A DNA stretch of 59,912 nucleotides. Source: Rickettsia typhi (GTDB lineage Bacteria; Pseudomonadota; Alphaproteobacteria; Rickettsiales; UBA1997). Of the stretch, positions 50,489 to 59,766 are shown one piece after another. The stretch's first letter is position 1, and every line of letters starts with the position of its first letter. The DNA lies in assembly GCA_945875925.1 (NCBI GenBank), contig CAMCME010000003.1, positions 1 to 59,912 of the forward strand, read 5' to 3'. A program made the position numbers and the translations under genes. Below the pieces are notes generated by a model that was not told the DNA's origin, did not search any database, and saw nothing but the letters and a program-made list of their open reading frames with translations.

Positions 50489-51646
50489 CTAAGCCAACTT
50501 CTTCAACTTCTCGGCCAAATCAGTTTTTTCCCAACTAAATCCGCCATCTTCAGTAGGCTGGCGGCCAAAGTGTCCGTAGGTAGAAGTTCTTTTATAAATT
50601 GGACGATTTAGTTCAAGATAATTTCTGATTCCGCGCGGTGAAAGATCAACTAATTCATTTATAATTTTAACCAAACCTTCTCCGTCAACTCCTGTTTTGT
50701 GATTATTCACATATAAAGAAAGAGGCTTAGAAACACCAATTGCGTAAGCGATTTGAATGGTGCAACGATCTGCTAAACCAGCAGCAACTACATTTTTCGC
50801 CAAATAGCGCGCCATGTAGGCGGCAGAGCGATCAACTTTAGTTGGATCTTTTCCTGAAAAAGCACCACCTCCATGAGGAGCAGCGCCGCCGTAAGTATCA
50901 ACAATAATTTTGCGACCAGTCAAACCAGCATCGCCATCAGGGCCACCAATTACAAATTTGCCCGTCGGGTTTACTAAGAAACTTTTATCCGCGCACATCC
51001 AACCTTTTGGCAAAGTTTTTTCTACATAAGGTCTGATCAATTCTTTTACTTGTTGCGCGGTCATTCCTTCTTTATGCTGAATTGAAACTAACACAGTTTC
51101 AGCACGCACCGGAATTCCATCTTCGTAAAAAAGTGTCACTTGACTTTTGGCGTCAGGGCCTAAATCGAGAAGGTCTCCAGATCTGATCGCATCCATAATA
51201 TTATGCAAAATGCGGTGCGAATAATAAATCGCCGCAGGCATTAAAACATCTGTTTCTTTGCAGGCATAACCAAACATAATTCCTTGATCTCCCGCTCCTT
51301 CATCTTTGCCGTCAGAAGCATCAACTCCAACTGCGATATCAGCAGATTGGCCATGAATTAAATTGGTAATTTGCACATTTTGCCAATTAAAACCTTTCTG
51401 CTCATAGCCAATATCTTTGATAGTGCCGCGAATCAAATCTTCGATTTCTGTTTTAGAAATTTGCGGCGCGCGAATTTCTCCACCAATAATAACCGTGTTG
51501 GTGGTGGCAAAAGTTTCAATTGCCAAGCGCGAATATGGATCTTTTTGTAAATAAGCATCCACCAAAGTGTCTGAAATTTGATCGCAAATTTTATCGGGAT
51601 GACCTTCTGAAACTGATTCAGAAGTGAATAAATAGTTTTTCGGCAT
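50489..51646 (-). CDS. metK: S-adenosylmethionine synthetase
   Basis: [28 protein letters not shown]. Confidence 0.99.
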   Translation of the reverse strand: MPKNYLFTSESVSEGHPDKICDQISDTLVDAYLQKDPYSRLAIETFATTNTVIIGGEIRAPQISKTEIEDLIRGTIKDIGYEQKGFNWQNVQITNLIHGQSADIAVGVDASDGKDEGAGDQGIMFGYACKETDVLMPAAIYYSHRILHNIMDAIRSGDLLDLGPDAKSQVTLFYEDGIPVRAETVLVSIQHKEGMTAQQVKELIRPYVEKTLPKGWMCADKSFLVNPTGKFVIGGPDGDAGLTGRKIIVDTYGGAAPHGGGAFSGKDPTKVDRSAAYMARYLAKNVVAAGLADRCTIQIAYAIGVSKPLSLYVNNHKTGVDGEGLVKIINELVDLSPRGIRNYLELNRPIYKRTSTYGHFGRQPTEDGGFSWEKTDLAEKLKKLA

Positions 51647-51684
51647 ATATTTATAGAGACTGATTCTTAGGCACTATCTCTCTC

Positions 51685-51715
51685 TTGTCACCTAGCAGTT
51701 TTTGCGGGGTGACAA
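51685..51715. repeat. Short palindrome in the metK leader
   Basis: TTGTCACC...GGTGACAA; resembles the local GTCA-ended palindrome families. Confidence 0.55.
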
Positions 51716-51786
51716 TCGAGGTTGGCAAAACCCCAATTTAAGAGTGAAGTAATAATAAAGGCGGGGGCTCCCTAGATATGAAAATA

Positions 51787-51816
51787 CAGCTCGCATTAAT
51801 TTAAAAATGCGGGCTG
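51787..51816 (-). terminator. Hairpin after gltX
   Basis: CAGCTCGCATT / AATGCGGGCTG stem followed by TATTTT on the minus strand. Confidence 0.65.
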
Positions 51817-51821
51817 GCAAC

Positions 51822-53222
51822 TTAATTCTGACTTAAACTAAAATCAATTCTTCTTTCCACTTCCGATTTTCCTAGAATTTCTACCACATCAAAAATTCCG
51901 CCAGCAGATGCGGCCGAGTAAGTTAAGATGATGCGCAGAACTGGTCCGAAATCTTTAATTTTTAAGCCCTTTTGAGTAGCAAAATTATTAAAAGCATTTT
52001 TGATTCCGTCGTGATTCCATTCGTTCAAATTGCTAAAAAGAATTTTTAAATCTGAGATTAGAGATTTTTTTTCGCTGATTATTGCTTTGGAAGCTTCATC
52101 AAAATCTGCCGAGAATCCGTCAAAATAAACTGCTAAATTTTTTGCTAATTCATCCAAAACATCGGCTCTTTCTTTAACAAATTTAATCGCTTTTAAAATG
52201 CGATTTTTTTCATTTTCAGATATATTTTTTGGGGATTTTTCAAAGAAATTTTCTAGCAAAATAAATAATTCATCTTCGTTTTTTTCTTTGATGTAATGTT
52301 TATTCACCGATTTCAATTTAGCAAAATCAAAGCGCGCTGGCGATTTTCCAACTTTTTCCAAGTTAAACCATTCAATTGCTTGAGCATCAGAAATCAGCTC
52401 AGAATCTCCATGAGACCAACCTAAACGAAGTAAATAATTACGCATCGCTTCAGGCAAATAGCCCATTTCTTTATATTCAATAACAGAAGTTGCACCATGT
52501 CTTTTCGACATCTTCGCGCCGTCAGGGCCGTGAATTAGAGGAATGTGGGAGAATTCAGGAACTTTCCAGTCAAGAGCCTGATAAATAATTTTTTGTCTAA
52601 AAGCATTGGTCAAATGATCGTCGCCGCGAATTACATGAGTGATATTCATATCGTGATCATCAACCACCACAGCAAGCATATAAGTTGGGGTTCCATCTCC
52701 TCTCAGCATTACCAAATCATCCATCTCAGAATTTTTTACACGAATTTCGCCTTGCACCAAATCTTTTATAACCACCTCGCCTTCAAGTGTCGCTTTGATT
52801 CTGATTACGGGTTTTACTGTAGAAGTTTGTGATTGAAATTTATCACGCCATGAACTTTTGAAACGAAAAATTTCGCCTTTTTTTTCTGCGGCACTTCTCA
52901 TTTCTTCTAGCTCTTCAACTGAAGTGTAACATAAATAAGCTTGGTTTTTTTCTAAAAGAGATTCAGCTACCTGCTTGTGTCTTGCCACATTTTGTGACTG
53001 CAAAATAAAATTATCATCATGTTTTAAACCAAGCCAATCAAGGCCTTGCAAAATTGCTTCAATTGCCGCTTCGGTTGATCTTTCTTTATCAGTATCTTCA
53101 ATTCGCAGCAAAAATTTGCCGCCTTTATTTTTGGCAAATAGATAATTAAATAAAGCGGTGCGCGCTCCGCCAATGTGTAAATAGCCAGTTGGTGATGGAG
53201 CAAAGCGAGTGATAACAGTCAT
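51822..53222 (-). CDS. gltX: Glutamyl-tRNA synthetase
   Basis: RFAPSPTGYLHIGG, LRIEDTD, RGDDH, KMSKR. Confidence 0.98.
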   Translation of the reverse strand: MTVITRFAPSPTGYLHIGGARTALFNYLFAKNKGGKFLLRIEDTDKERSTEAAIEAILQGLDWLGLKHDDNFILQSQNVARHKQVAESLLEKNQAYLCYTSVEELEEMRSAAEKKGEIFRFKSSWRDKFQSQTSTVKPVIRIKATLEGEVVIKDLVQGEIRVKNSEMDDLVMLRGDGTPTYMLAVVVDDHDMNITHVIRGDDHLTNAFRQKIIYQALDWKVPEFSHIPLIHGPDGAKMSKRHGATSVIEYKEMGYLPEAMRNYLLRLGWSHGDSELISDAQAIEWFNLEKVGKSPARFDFAKLKSVNKHYIKEKNEDELFILLENFFEKSPKNISENEKNRILKAIKFVKERADVLDELAKNLAVYFDGFSADFDEASKAIISEKKSLISDLKILFSNLNEWNHDGIKNAFNNFATQKGLKIKDFGPVLRIILTYSAASAGGIFDVVEILGKSEVERRIDFSLSQN

Positions 53223-53247
53223 TTGGTTTTGGGAATAATCTTATTTT

Positions 53248-53274
53248 AGATCCTGAAAAAGTTCAGGATGACAG
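53248..53274. repeat. Single arm of the TCATCCTGAAC palindrome family
   Basis: AGATCCTGAAAAAGTTCAGGATGACAG upstream of gltX. Confidence 0.65.
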
Positions 53275-53402
53275 TTTGGGGAATTGTACAATTTATATTA
53301 ATCGCAGTCTGTCTTCTTGACAATAAGGAAGCTGACAACAAAGATTATTACAATTAAACTCGTCACTAAAATCAATCAACAATCTTCAATTCATCAATAT
53401 AG

Positions 53403-55112
53403 ATGTTATCTTCTCCAGCTAGTACCGATATTGCCTCAAGGTTAATAGAAAAAAAGGTTATCTCTGAAGACCAATTAGCGATTGCCGTTAAAGAGCAGGA
53501 ACGCTTACACGGAACCAAAACCGTTGGTGCAATTTTGGTTGAGATGGGTTTCGTTTCTGAAGGCGCTCTTGGTGAAATTTTAAACGAATCTTCCAGCATC
53601 AAAAAATTCGACATTAAATCGTCAATCATTGATGCTAGATTGGTGAAAAAAATTCCTAAGGAATTTGCAGTTCACAATAAATTGATTGCGGTTTCTCACG
53701 GCAAAAATTCAGTGACAATTGGCATGATCGATATTTTCGACATCGTTGCCATTGACCAAGTTAGAAGGTGTTTCCCACCAAATTTCAAAATCGTTCCGGT
53801 CTATATTCCTGAAGCTGATATTTTACATGCCATAGATCAATATTATGACTATGAAATGTCGATTGAAGGTATTTTAAAAGAGATCGAAAACAGCACCAAC
53901 AGCAAGAATATCAATGATGAAGCTCATCTTCGCGGCGACTATAAAAGTCCGATGGTTCGCTTGGTGGATGCAATTTTAACTGACGCGCTTCACCGCGGCG
54001 CTTCGGATTTACACTTTGAACCAGAAAATCTTTTCCTGAGAATTCGCTATCGTATTGACGGAAAAATGGTACAAATTCGCTCAATCCACAAAGAGTATTG
54101 GTCTGCAATTGCCGTGCGTTTGAAGATTTTGTCAGGCATGAACATTGCTGAAAGCCGAAAACCACAAGACGGTCACATTCACTCAGAAATTCTTGGTCGT
54201 AAAATCGACTTTCGTGTATCAACTCAGCCAACCATCAATGGTGAAAATATCGTAATGCGTGTTTTGGATGAGAAGCAGTCGATTCTCTCTTTAGATACTC
54301 TAGGATTCAGCGACTATAGCGTAAATCTTCTCAAAAAATTAGTTCAAAGGCCTGAAGGTGTAATCATTCTTACTGGTCCTACGGGTTCTGGTAAAACCAC
54401 AACTCTTTACACAGTTTTAAGTTTCATCAACTCGATTGATAAAAACATTATGACTTTAGAAGATCCTGTAGAATATCGCATTCCATTGATCAGACAGTCT
54501 AACATTAAAGCCGATAGCGGTATGGATTTCGCGTCGGGTATTAAAGCAATTCTACGACAAGATCCCGATGTGATTTTGGTAGGGGAAATTCGTGATAAAG
54601 ATACTGCGATTACTGCAATTCAAGCAGCGATGACGGGTCACCAAGTTTATAGCAGTTTGCACGCCAATGACGCACTCGCATCTATTCCGCGTTTAATGAA
54701 TATGGGTGTTCCAAATTATTTAATGGCCGGCGCTTTAATTGGAGTTGTGGCTCAAAGACTTGCTAGAAAACTTTGTGTACATTGTAAAAAAGAACATCCA
54801 GTTGATGCGCTTGATGCAAGACTTCTTGGTCCAGAACATCACAATGTTAAAACTATTTTCAAAGCTGTAGGGTGCGTAAAATGCAACAATTCTGGCTATA
54901 AAGGGCGAGTGGTTGTGAATGAAATTTTGGCTTTTGATCGCGAACTTGATGAAATGATTATTGCTGGTGCAAGTCGCAAAGATTTATTTAAATATGCCAC
55001 CAGCCACGGCTTTATGCCAATGGTTGAAGATGGTTTGCAAAAAGTTATTGCTGGTATCATCGATCTTAAAGAATTGATGCGTGCCGTCGATTTAACAGAC
55101 AGAATGAATTAA
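53403..55112 (+). CDS. GspE/PilB-family secretion or pilus-assembly ATPase
   Basis: ASDLHFEP, RYRIDG, PQDG, GPTGSGKTT, LEDPVE, LRQDPDVILVGEIRD, tetra-Cys CVHC/CVKC. Confidence 0.93.
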   Translation: MLSSPASTDIASRLIEKKVISEDQLAIAVKEQERLHGTKTVGAILVEMGFVSEGALGEILNESSSIKKFDIKSSIIDARLVKKIPKEFAVHNKLIAVSHGKNSVTIGMIDIFDIVAIDQVRRCFPPNFKIVPVYIPEADILHAIDQYYDYEMSIEGILKEIENSTNSKNINDEAHLRGDYKSPMVRLVDAILTDALHRGASDLHFEPENLFLRIRYRIDGKMVQIRSIHKEYWSAIAVRLKILSGMNIAESRKPQDGHIHSEILGRKIDFRVSTQPTINGENIVMRVLDEKQSILSLDTLGFSDYSVNLLKKLVQRPEGVIILTGPTGSGKTTTLYTVLSFINSIDKNIMTLEDPVEYRIPLIRQSNIKADSGMDFASGIKAILRQDPDVILVGEIRDKDTAITAIQAAMTGHQVYSSLHANDALASIPRLMNMGVPNYLMAGALIGVVAQRLARKLCVHCKKEHPVDALDARLLGPEHHNVKTIFKAVGCVKCNNSGYKGRVVVNEILAFDRELDEMIIAGASRKDLFKYATSHGFMPMVEDGLQKVIAGIIDLKELMRAVDLTDRMN

Positions 55113-55129
55113 TTTTATAATTTAAAAAA

Positions 55130-55609
55130 ATGTCTTCTCCAGCTCAAAAACCATTAAAACCAAATGAATCTATTGAGAATATAATGCTCAATTCTTTGGC
55201 CAACACTTCGGGAATTTCTTACACCTCAAATGATAAGAATATCAAAATCACCGCTTGGCCAGAATTTGTTGATAGCCAAAATAGCACCATCGGCAATGTA
55301 TTTGTTTGGATCTATCACATCAGAATCGACAATAACACCAATGAAACTATCAAATTAATCAATCGTTATTGGAAAATTATTGATGAAAAGGGCGCTGTAC
55401 AAGAAGTAGAAGGCGAAGGTGTGATTGGTGAACAGCCAAAAATTATTCCAAAAGGAAGTTTTCAATATAGCAGCGGCGTACATTTGCGCCACCCTTCAGG
55501 AATTATGGGCGGGCGTTATCAAATGCAAAAAGATAATAGCGAAACATTTTATGTAGAAATTCCAACTTTCTCTTTAGATGTGCCAAGCTTGAAGGAAATA
55601 GTAAATTAG
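55130..55609 (+). CDS. apaG: ApaG protein
   Basis: YHIRIDN, LINRYWKI, VEGEGVIGEQP, FQYSSG, GIMGGRY. Confidence 0.93.
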   Translation: MSSPAQKPLKPNESIENIMLNSLANTSGISYTSNDKNIKITAWPEFVDSQNSTIGNVFVWIYHIRIDNNTNETIKLINRYWKIIDEKGAVQEVEGEGVIGEQPKIIPKGSFQYSSGVHLRHPSGIMGGRYQMQKDNSETFYVEIPTFSLDVPSLKEIVN

Positions 55610-55617
55610 AAACTCTT

Positions 55618-56340
55618 ATGAGAATTCTTGCTTTTGACACTACTAATTCAACCTTGTCGGTTGCTATTCTTGAAGATCAAAAAATTCTCGCCAAAAGCAC
55701 CATTTTCGAAAATGGTAAGCAGTCTGAAATGTTAATTCCCGAAATTGAAAAAATTTTAACTGAAGCCAAAATCTGGTATCAAGATTTAGATTATTTGGCC
55801 GCAACCCAAGGCCCTGGAAGTTTCACGGGCGTTAGAATTGGCCTCTCATCAGCTCGTACTTTAAAACTCGCAACCAATCTTCCACTTATTTTATTAGATT
55901 CCCTTGAAGTTTTGGCTTTTAAATATCGCCACAAATTTGGCCAAAATTCTGGTAAAATTTTTGCAGCAATTGATGCCCGAATGGATGAATTTTTTATTGG
56001 AAATTTTTTAAGCAATGCTGGAGAAATCTCAAAAATATCTGAATCACAGCTGGTAAGTTTTTCTGATGTAATAAATTTTTTACCTAAAGAAAAATTCTTC
56101 TTATGCGGAAGTGGTAAAAAAATTCTTGCTGAAATTCTAGAAAATAAGAATTTTGAATTTGAATATAATGAAGAAGAAGATGTGATTGAAGCTGATTTGG
56201 TTGGGCTTTTAGCTAAAATAAAAATATCTGGGGAAATTTTAGAAAATAATTCAGAAGCTCTTTATTTAAGAGAACCTAGAATTAGCAAAAGAAAAGAAGA
56301 AAATAATGGAGGCCGGGGTCGGAATCGAACCGACGCATAG
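55618..56340 (+). CDS. tsaB: tRNA threonylcarbamoyladenosine biosynthesis protein
   Basis: ILAFDTT, GPGSFTGVRIG, IDARMDE, LYLREP. Confidence 0.94.
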   Translation: MRILAFDTTNSTLSVAILEDQKILAKSTIFENGKQSEMLIPEIEKILTEAKIWYQDLDYLAATQGPGSFTGVRIGLSSARTLKLATNLPLILLDSLEVLAFKYRHKFGQNSGKIFAAIDARMDEFFIGNFLSNAGEISKISESQLVSFSDVINFLPKEKFFLCGSGKKILAEILENKNFEFEYNEEEDVIEADLVGLLAKIKISGEILENNSEALYLREPRISKRKEENNGGRGRNRTDA

Positions 56341-56381
56341 GAGCTTTGCAGGCTCCTGCATTACCACTTTGCTACCCAGCC
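56307..56381 (-). tRNA. tRNA-Cys (GCA)
   Basis: GGCTGGG stem, loop CTGCAAA, GGTTCGATT, U73 discriminator, encoded CCA. Confidence 0.95.
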
Positions 56382-56549
56382 AAGGAGATAAGATTTAAGA
56401 GATTAAATCTTTCAGAAAATTGTGTTTGAGATATGTATTTCGCATAAGTTTCTATAATCTAAGAATAGAAAAAAATATTACAAGTTTTTGTCCTTCTTTT
56501 TCTAAGAAGCTTGACGAAAGATTAAAAAATTAACTTACAGAAATTTCAA

Positions 56550-57785
56550 ATGTCAGATAAAAATCTTTATTCTCAGCATTTCAAAAACTCTCCGACAGCA
56601 AAAGATCTTAAAAGCCACCTTAAGAGTTGTGAGCTTGCGGCTATAAAGTTACGCCAAGAAATTAAAGATAAAAAAGTTGCACCAATCGATATTATTTTTG
56701 GCAAAAATGATCTGAAATATTTTTCAGATTTAGCTAAAAAAATCTCAAAATATAAAAAAATTATTGTGCTAGGAGTTGGCGGATCAAGCCTTGGTGGCAA
56801 AACTTTAGCTGCACTTAAAGATCAAAATAAAGTTGAATTCTTAGAATCAATCGACCCAACTACAATTAAAAATTGCCTAGATAAAGTTGATTTCAAAAAC
56901 ACTTTTTTCTTAGTTGTAAGTAAGTCTGGCGAGACCATCGAAACTATCTGTCAAACTTTAGTCATTTTAGATAAAATTAAAAAATTAAAGATTAAAAATT
57001 TCGCTAAACAATTTTTATTCATCACCGAATCAGACACAAATTCTATCGCCAAAATTGCTAAAGAGATTGGCGCCGAAATTGCCAATCATCCAAATAATAT
57101 TGGTGGGCGCTATTCTTGCTTTTCTATTGTCGGACTTTTGCCAGCTTTGCTTTGCGGCATCAATATTACCAAAATTAGAAATGGTGCTAAAAAAATAGTC
57201 TCTGATTTTTTGAATAATGATGAAATTTTAAATTCTTGCGCCACTCAACTTTATCTTTATGAGCGAGGCTTCACCAACAGCGTGATTATGCCTTACATCG
57301 ATAATTTAAAAAACTTCACCGATTGGTATCGCCAACTTTGGGCAGAATCTTTAGGCAAATTTGGTTTCGGCTCAACTCCAATAAATTCGATGGGAACAGT
57401 TGATCAACACAGCCAATTACAACTTTATCTTGAAGGCCCGAAAGACAAATTTTTCACATTTTTAACTCAGGAAAATCACCCGAATGATTTTTTAGTAAAA
57501 GACCTGAAGTCTTGCCCAACTTTGTTTGGTGGCAAAAAATTAAGCGACATTGTGAAAGTTGAACAAATGACCACCATCGAAGTTTTAAATAAGAAAAAAC
57601 TGCCGATTAGAATTTTTGAAATTAAAAAGCTTGATGAAGAAATTCTTGGTGGATTAATGATGCAAATGTTTTTAGAGACGATTTTGATTGCTTATATTAA
57701 AAAATTTAATCCATTTGATCAGCCAGCAGTTGAACTTCGTAAGGACTTGGCCAAAAAAATTCTCAAGCAAAATATTTATGCTTAA
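56550..57785 (+). CDS. pgi: Glucose-6-phosphate isomerase (short type)
   Basis: LGVGGSSLG, SKSGETIET, IGGRYS, QLWAESLGK, GTVDQHSQLQ, NPFDQPAVE. Confidence 0.95.
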   Translation: MSDKNLYSQHFKNSPTAKDLKSHLKSCELAAIKLRQEIKDKKVAPIDIIFGKNDLKYFSDLAKKISKYKKIIVLGVGGSSLGGKTLAALKDQNKVEFLESIDPTTIKNCLDKVDFKNTFFLVVSKSGETIETICQTLVILDKIKKLKIKNFAKQFLFITESDTNSIAKIAKEIGAEIANHPNNIGGRYSCFSIVGLLPALLCGINITKIRNGAKKIVSDFLNNDEILNSCATQLYLYERGFTNSVIMPYIDNLKNFTDWYRQLWAESLGKFGFGSTPINSMGTVDQHSQLQLYLEGPKDKFFTFLTQENHPNDFLVKDLKSCPTLFGGKKLSDIVKVEQMTTIEVLNKKKLPIRIFEIKKLDEEILGGLMMQMFLETILIAYIKKFNPFDQPAVELRKDLAKKILKQNIYA

Positions 57786-58281
57786 AAAAATAAAAAATAA
57801 AAATTTACTAATTTTACTTTTCGCAGCTTCTGCAATTGCATTAATTGGCGCCTACATTTCACAATATTTTTTCGGCTATGAGCCTTGCATTTTATGTCTT
57901 GAACAACGCAAGCCATTCTTTGCTATCATTGCCACCAGCGCTTTAACTCTTACTTATTTCAAGTCTGAAAAATCTAAAAAAAACGCGCTTTATCTTTGCA
58001 CAATTTTATTAGTAATTAATTTTGCACTCGCCATTTATCACAGCGGCGTTGAGAAAAAAATCTTCCGCGGCCCTGTTACTTGCTCATCTGAAACTCTCAA
58101 TAAAATTGACAATATTGAAGATTTAAAAATCGCCCTAAGCGAAACCAAAGCTATTAGATGCGACGAGCCAAGCTTCCTCTTCCTAAATCTTTCAATGGCA
58201 AATTGGAACGCACTTTACTGCCTTCTTCTTGTCTCTTACATCGGCTTCATCCGCTATCAAAGACGTTCAGCTCTGCTTTAA
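57778..58281 (+). CDS. dsbB: Disulfide bond formation protein B
   Basis: PCILCLEQR, AIYHSGVE, second Cys pair (TCSS, IRCDEP), SMANWN; start MLKKIK overlaps the pgi stop. Confidence 0.9.
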   Translation: MLKKIKNKNLLILLFAASAIALIGAYISQYFFGYEPCILCLEQRKPFFAIIATSALTLTYFKSEKSKKNALYLCTILLVINFALAIYHSGVEKKIFRGPVTCSSETLNKIDNIEDLKIALSETKAIRCDEPSFLFLNLSMANWNALYCLLLVSYIGFIRYQRRSALL

Positions 58282-58305
58282 TTTTTATCTGAGGATAAAA
58301 ATTAA

Positions 58306-58358
58306 AAGGCTGTGAGTTTTTTAATAACTCTTCAAGTTATTAAAAAACTCACAGCCTT
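58306..58358. terminator. Perfect 24-bp inverted repeat between dsbB and the CRISPR array
   Basis: AAGGCTGTGAGTTTTTTAATAACT-CTTCA-AGTTATTAAAAAACTCACAGCCTT; an 11-bp hairpin precedes it at 58279-58304. Confidence 0.7.
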
Positions 58359-58365
58359 CCGACGC

Positions 58366-58401
58366 AATCCTAATTAATCCAAAATTCTTCTAGTTTAACT
58401 T
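58366..58401 (+). CRISPR. Highly decayed terminal CRISPR repeat
   Basis: 20/36 ungapped identity to the consensus, 31 nt before the first intact repeat. Confidence 0.6.
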
Positions 58402-58432
58402 CAACTCAAGAAACCGTGACTCGGATTTTCGC

Positions 58433-59325
58433 GTTCCAGCTTGACCGCAAATTCCCATCGCCTAGCTTTGATCCAGAATATCTTTATAAAGGAGAAGTGT
58501 TCCAGCTTGACCGCAAATTCCCATCGCCTAGCTTCTTTTCTACTTGCTTAATCTGTTCATAATGTTCCAGCTTGACCGCAAATTCCCATCGCCTAGCTTA
58601 CTTTTGAACAGGAAGAAAACGAATCACTAGTTCCAGCTTGACCGCAAATTCCCATCGCCTAGCTTAAACTAAGCCATAAGCCCCCAAGAACTCATGTTCC
58701 AGCTTGACCGCAAATTCCCATCGCCTAGCTTAAGCGTCAAATTTTAATCAAATTTCAATAAGTTCCAGCTTGACCGCAAATTCCCATCGCCTAGCTTTAA
58801 CCCAGCGTGATTATTTGTGCCGTCAGAGTTCCAGCTTGACCGCAAATTCCCATCGCCTAGCTTTTAAAGAAACCTTGAGTAAATGTATTGTTAGTTCCAG
58901 CTTGACCGCAAATTCCCATCGCCTAGCTTTTATGAAGACGACAGATTAACTTGGAACCCGTTCCAGCTTGACCGCAAATTCCCATCGCCTAGCTTAAGAT
59001 GTGGTGCATAATGATCTCAACAAAAGTTCCAGCTTGACCGCAAATTCCCATCGCCTAGCTTATAGTTGGTTGAGTGCCAAGTGCCACCGCAGTTCCAGCT
59101 TGACCGCAAATTCCCATCGCCTAGCTTCGAATCTCTCTTAAAAAAACACGGCGTGGTGTTCCAGCTTGACCGCAAATTCCCATCGCCTAGCTTAGTTCAT
59201 TGCGTGATAAGAAACTTCGAGTAGTTCCAGCTTGACCGCAAATTCCCATCGCCTAGCTTAAAGCAGGCGCACACCATGCACAATTCGTTGTTCCAGCTTG
59301 ACCGCAAATTCCCATCGCCTAGCTT
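58433..59325 (+). CRISPR. CRISPR array, type II-C-like: 14 identical 36-nt repeats, 13 unique spacers
   Basis: Repeat GTTCCAGCTTGACCGCAAATTCCCATCGCCTAGCTT; twelve 30-nt spacers and one 29-nt spacer; next to cas2 with no csn2 or cas4 between. Confidence 0.98.
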
Positions 59326-59332
59326 AGGAGCT

Positions 59333-59361
59333 CTGCGAGCCTTTTAAAACAAGGCTCGCAG
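59333..59361. terminator. Hairpin between the last repeat and cas2
   Basis: CTGCGAGCCTT-TTAAAAC-AAGGCTCGCAG. Confidence 0.7.
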
Positions 59362-59397
59362 CAAGTGTTTGATTTAGAAAAAATGACAAAAATCGGT

Positions 59398-59730
59398 CTA
59401 AAAAAGTTCATATTGTTCTGGATTTTTTGGATTTGATTTTTGTCTTCTACCATTAAAGGTAATAATATTTTCATATTGCTTATCTGTAAAAATGAGAATG
59501 TGAACCTTGCCACTCTCGGGCACAATCTTTTCAATTTTTTTGACATATTTTTCTGACGCTTCTTTGCTGGCACAAAATCTTTGATAGACAGAAAATTGCG
59601 CCATCTGAAATCCCATATCAAGCAAGGCATTACGAAACTCGGTCGCAGCTTTGCGCTCTTTTTTTATCATCACTGGTAAGTCAAATAAAACTTGAATCCA
59701 CAAAATTCTATAAGCTGAAAGTTGAGTCAT
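59398..59730 (-). CDS. cas2: CRISPR-associated endonuclease Cas2 (type II-like)
   Basis: LSAYRILW..LFDLPV, FRNALLDMGFQMAQFSVY, FTDKQY. Confidence 0.96.
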   Translation of the reverse strand: MTQLSAYRILWIQVLFDLPVMIKKERKAATEFRNALLDMGFQMAQFSVYQRFCASKEASEKYVKKIEKIVPESGKVHILIFTDKQYENIITFNGRRQKSNPKNPEQYELF

Positions 59731-59766
59731 TTAAATTTCTGATTTTAAGAAATCATTAATTCACTA

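Noticed and set aside
51650-51816. SAM-II or SAM/SAH riboswitch upstream of metK
   Set aside because: The GTCAC/GTGAC stem lacks the SAM/SAH loop consensus and resembles the local palindromes. AAATACAGCT is on the wrong strand and belongs to the gltX terminator. An Rfam scan would settle it.
53372-53629. 85-aa minus-strand ORF
   Set aside because: Antisense shadow of the start of the GspE/PilB gene.
58300-58401. tracrRNA made from the repeat-like segment plus hairpin on the minus strand
   Set aside because: Most differences are C-to-T on the plus strand, which would give C-A mismatches with crRNA, including in the 5' GTTCCAGC part that must pair. A decayed repeat fits better, though this is not fully excluded.
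58469-59289. Self-targeting or duplicated spacers
   Set aside because: No spacer matches another spacer or, by eye, any other part of the window. The rest of the genome was not available.
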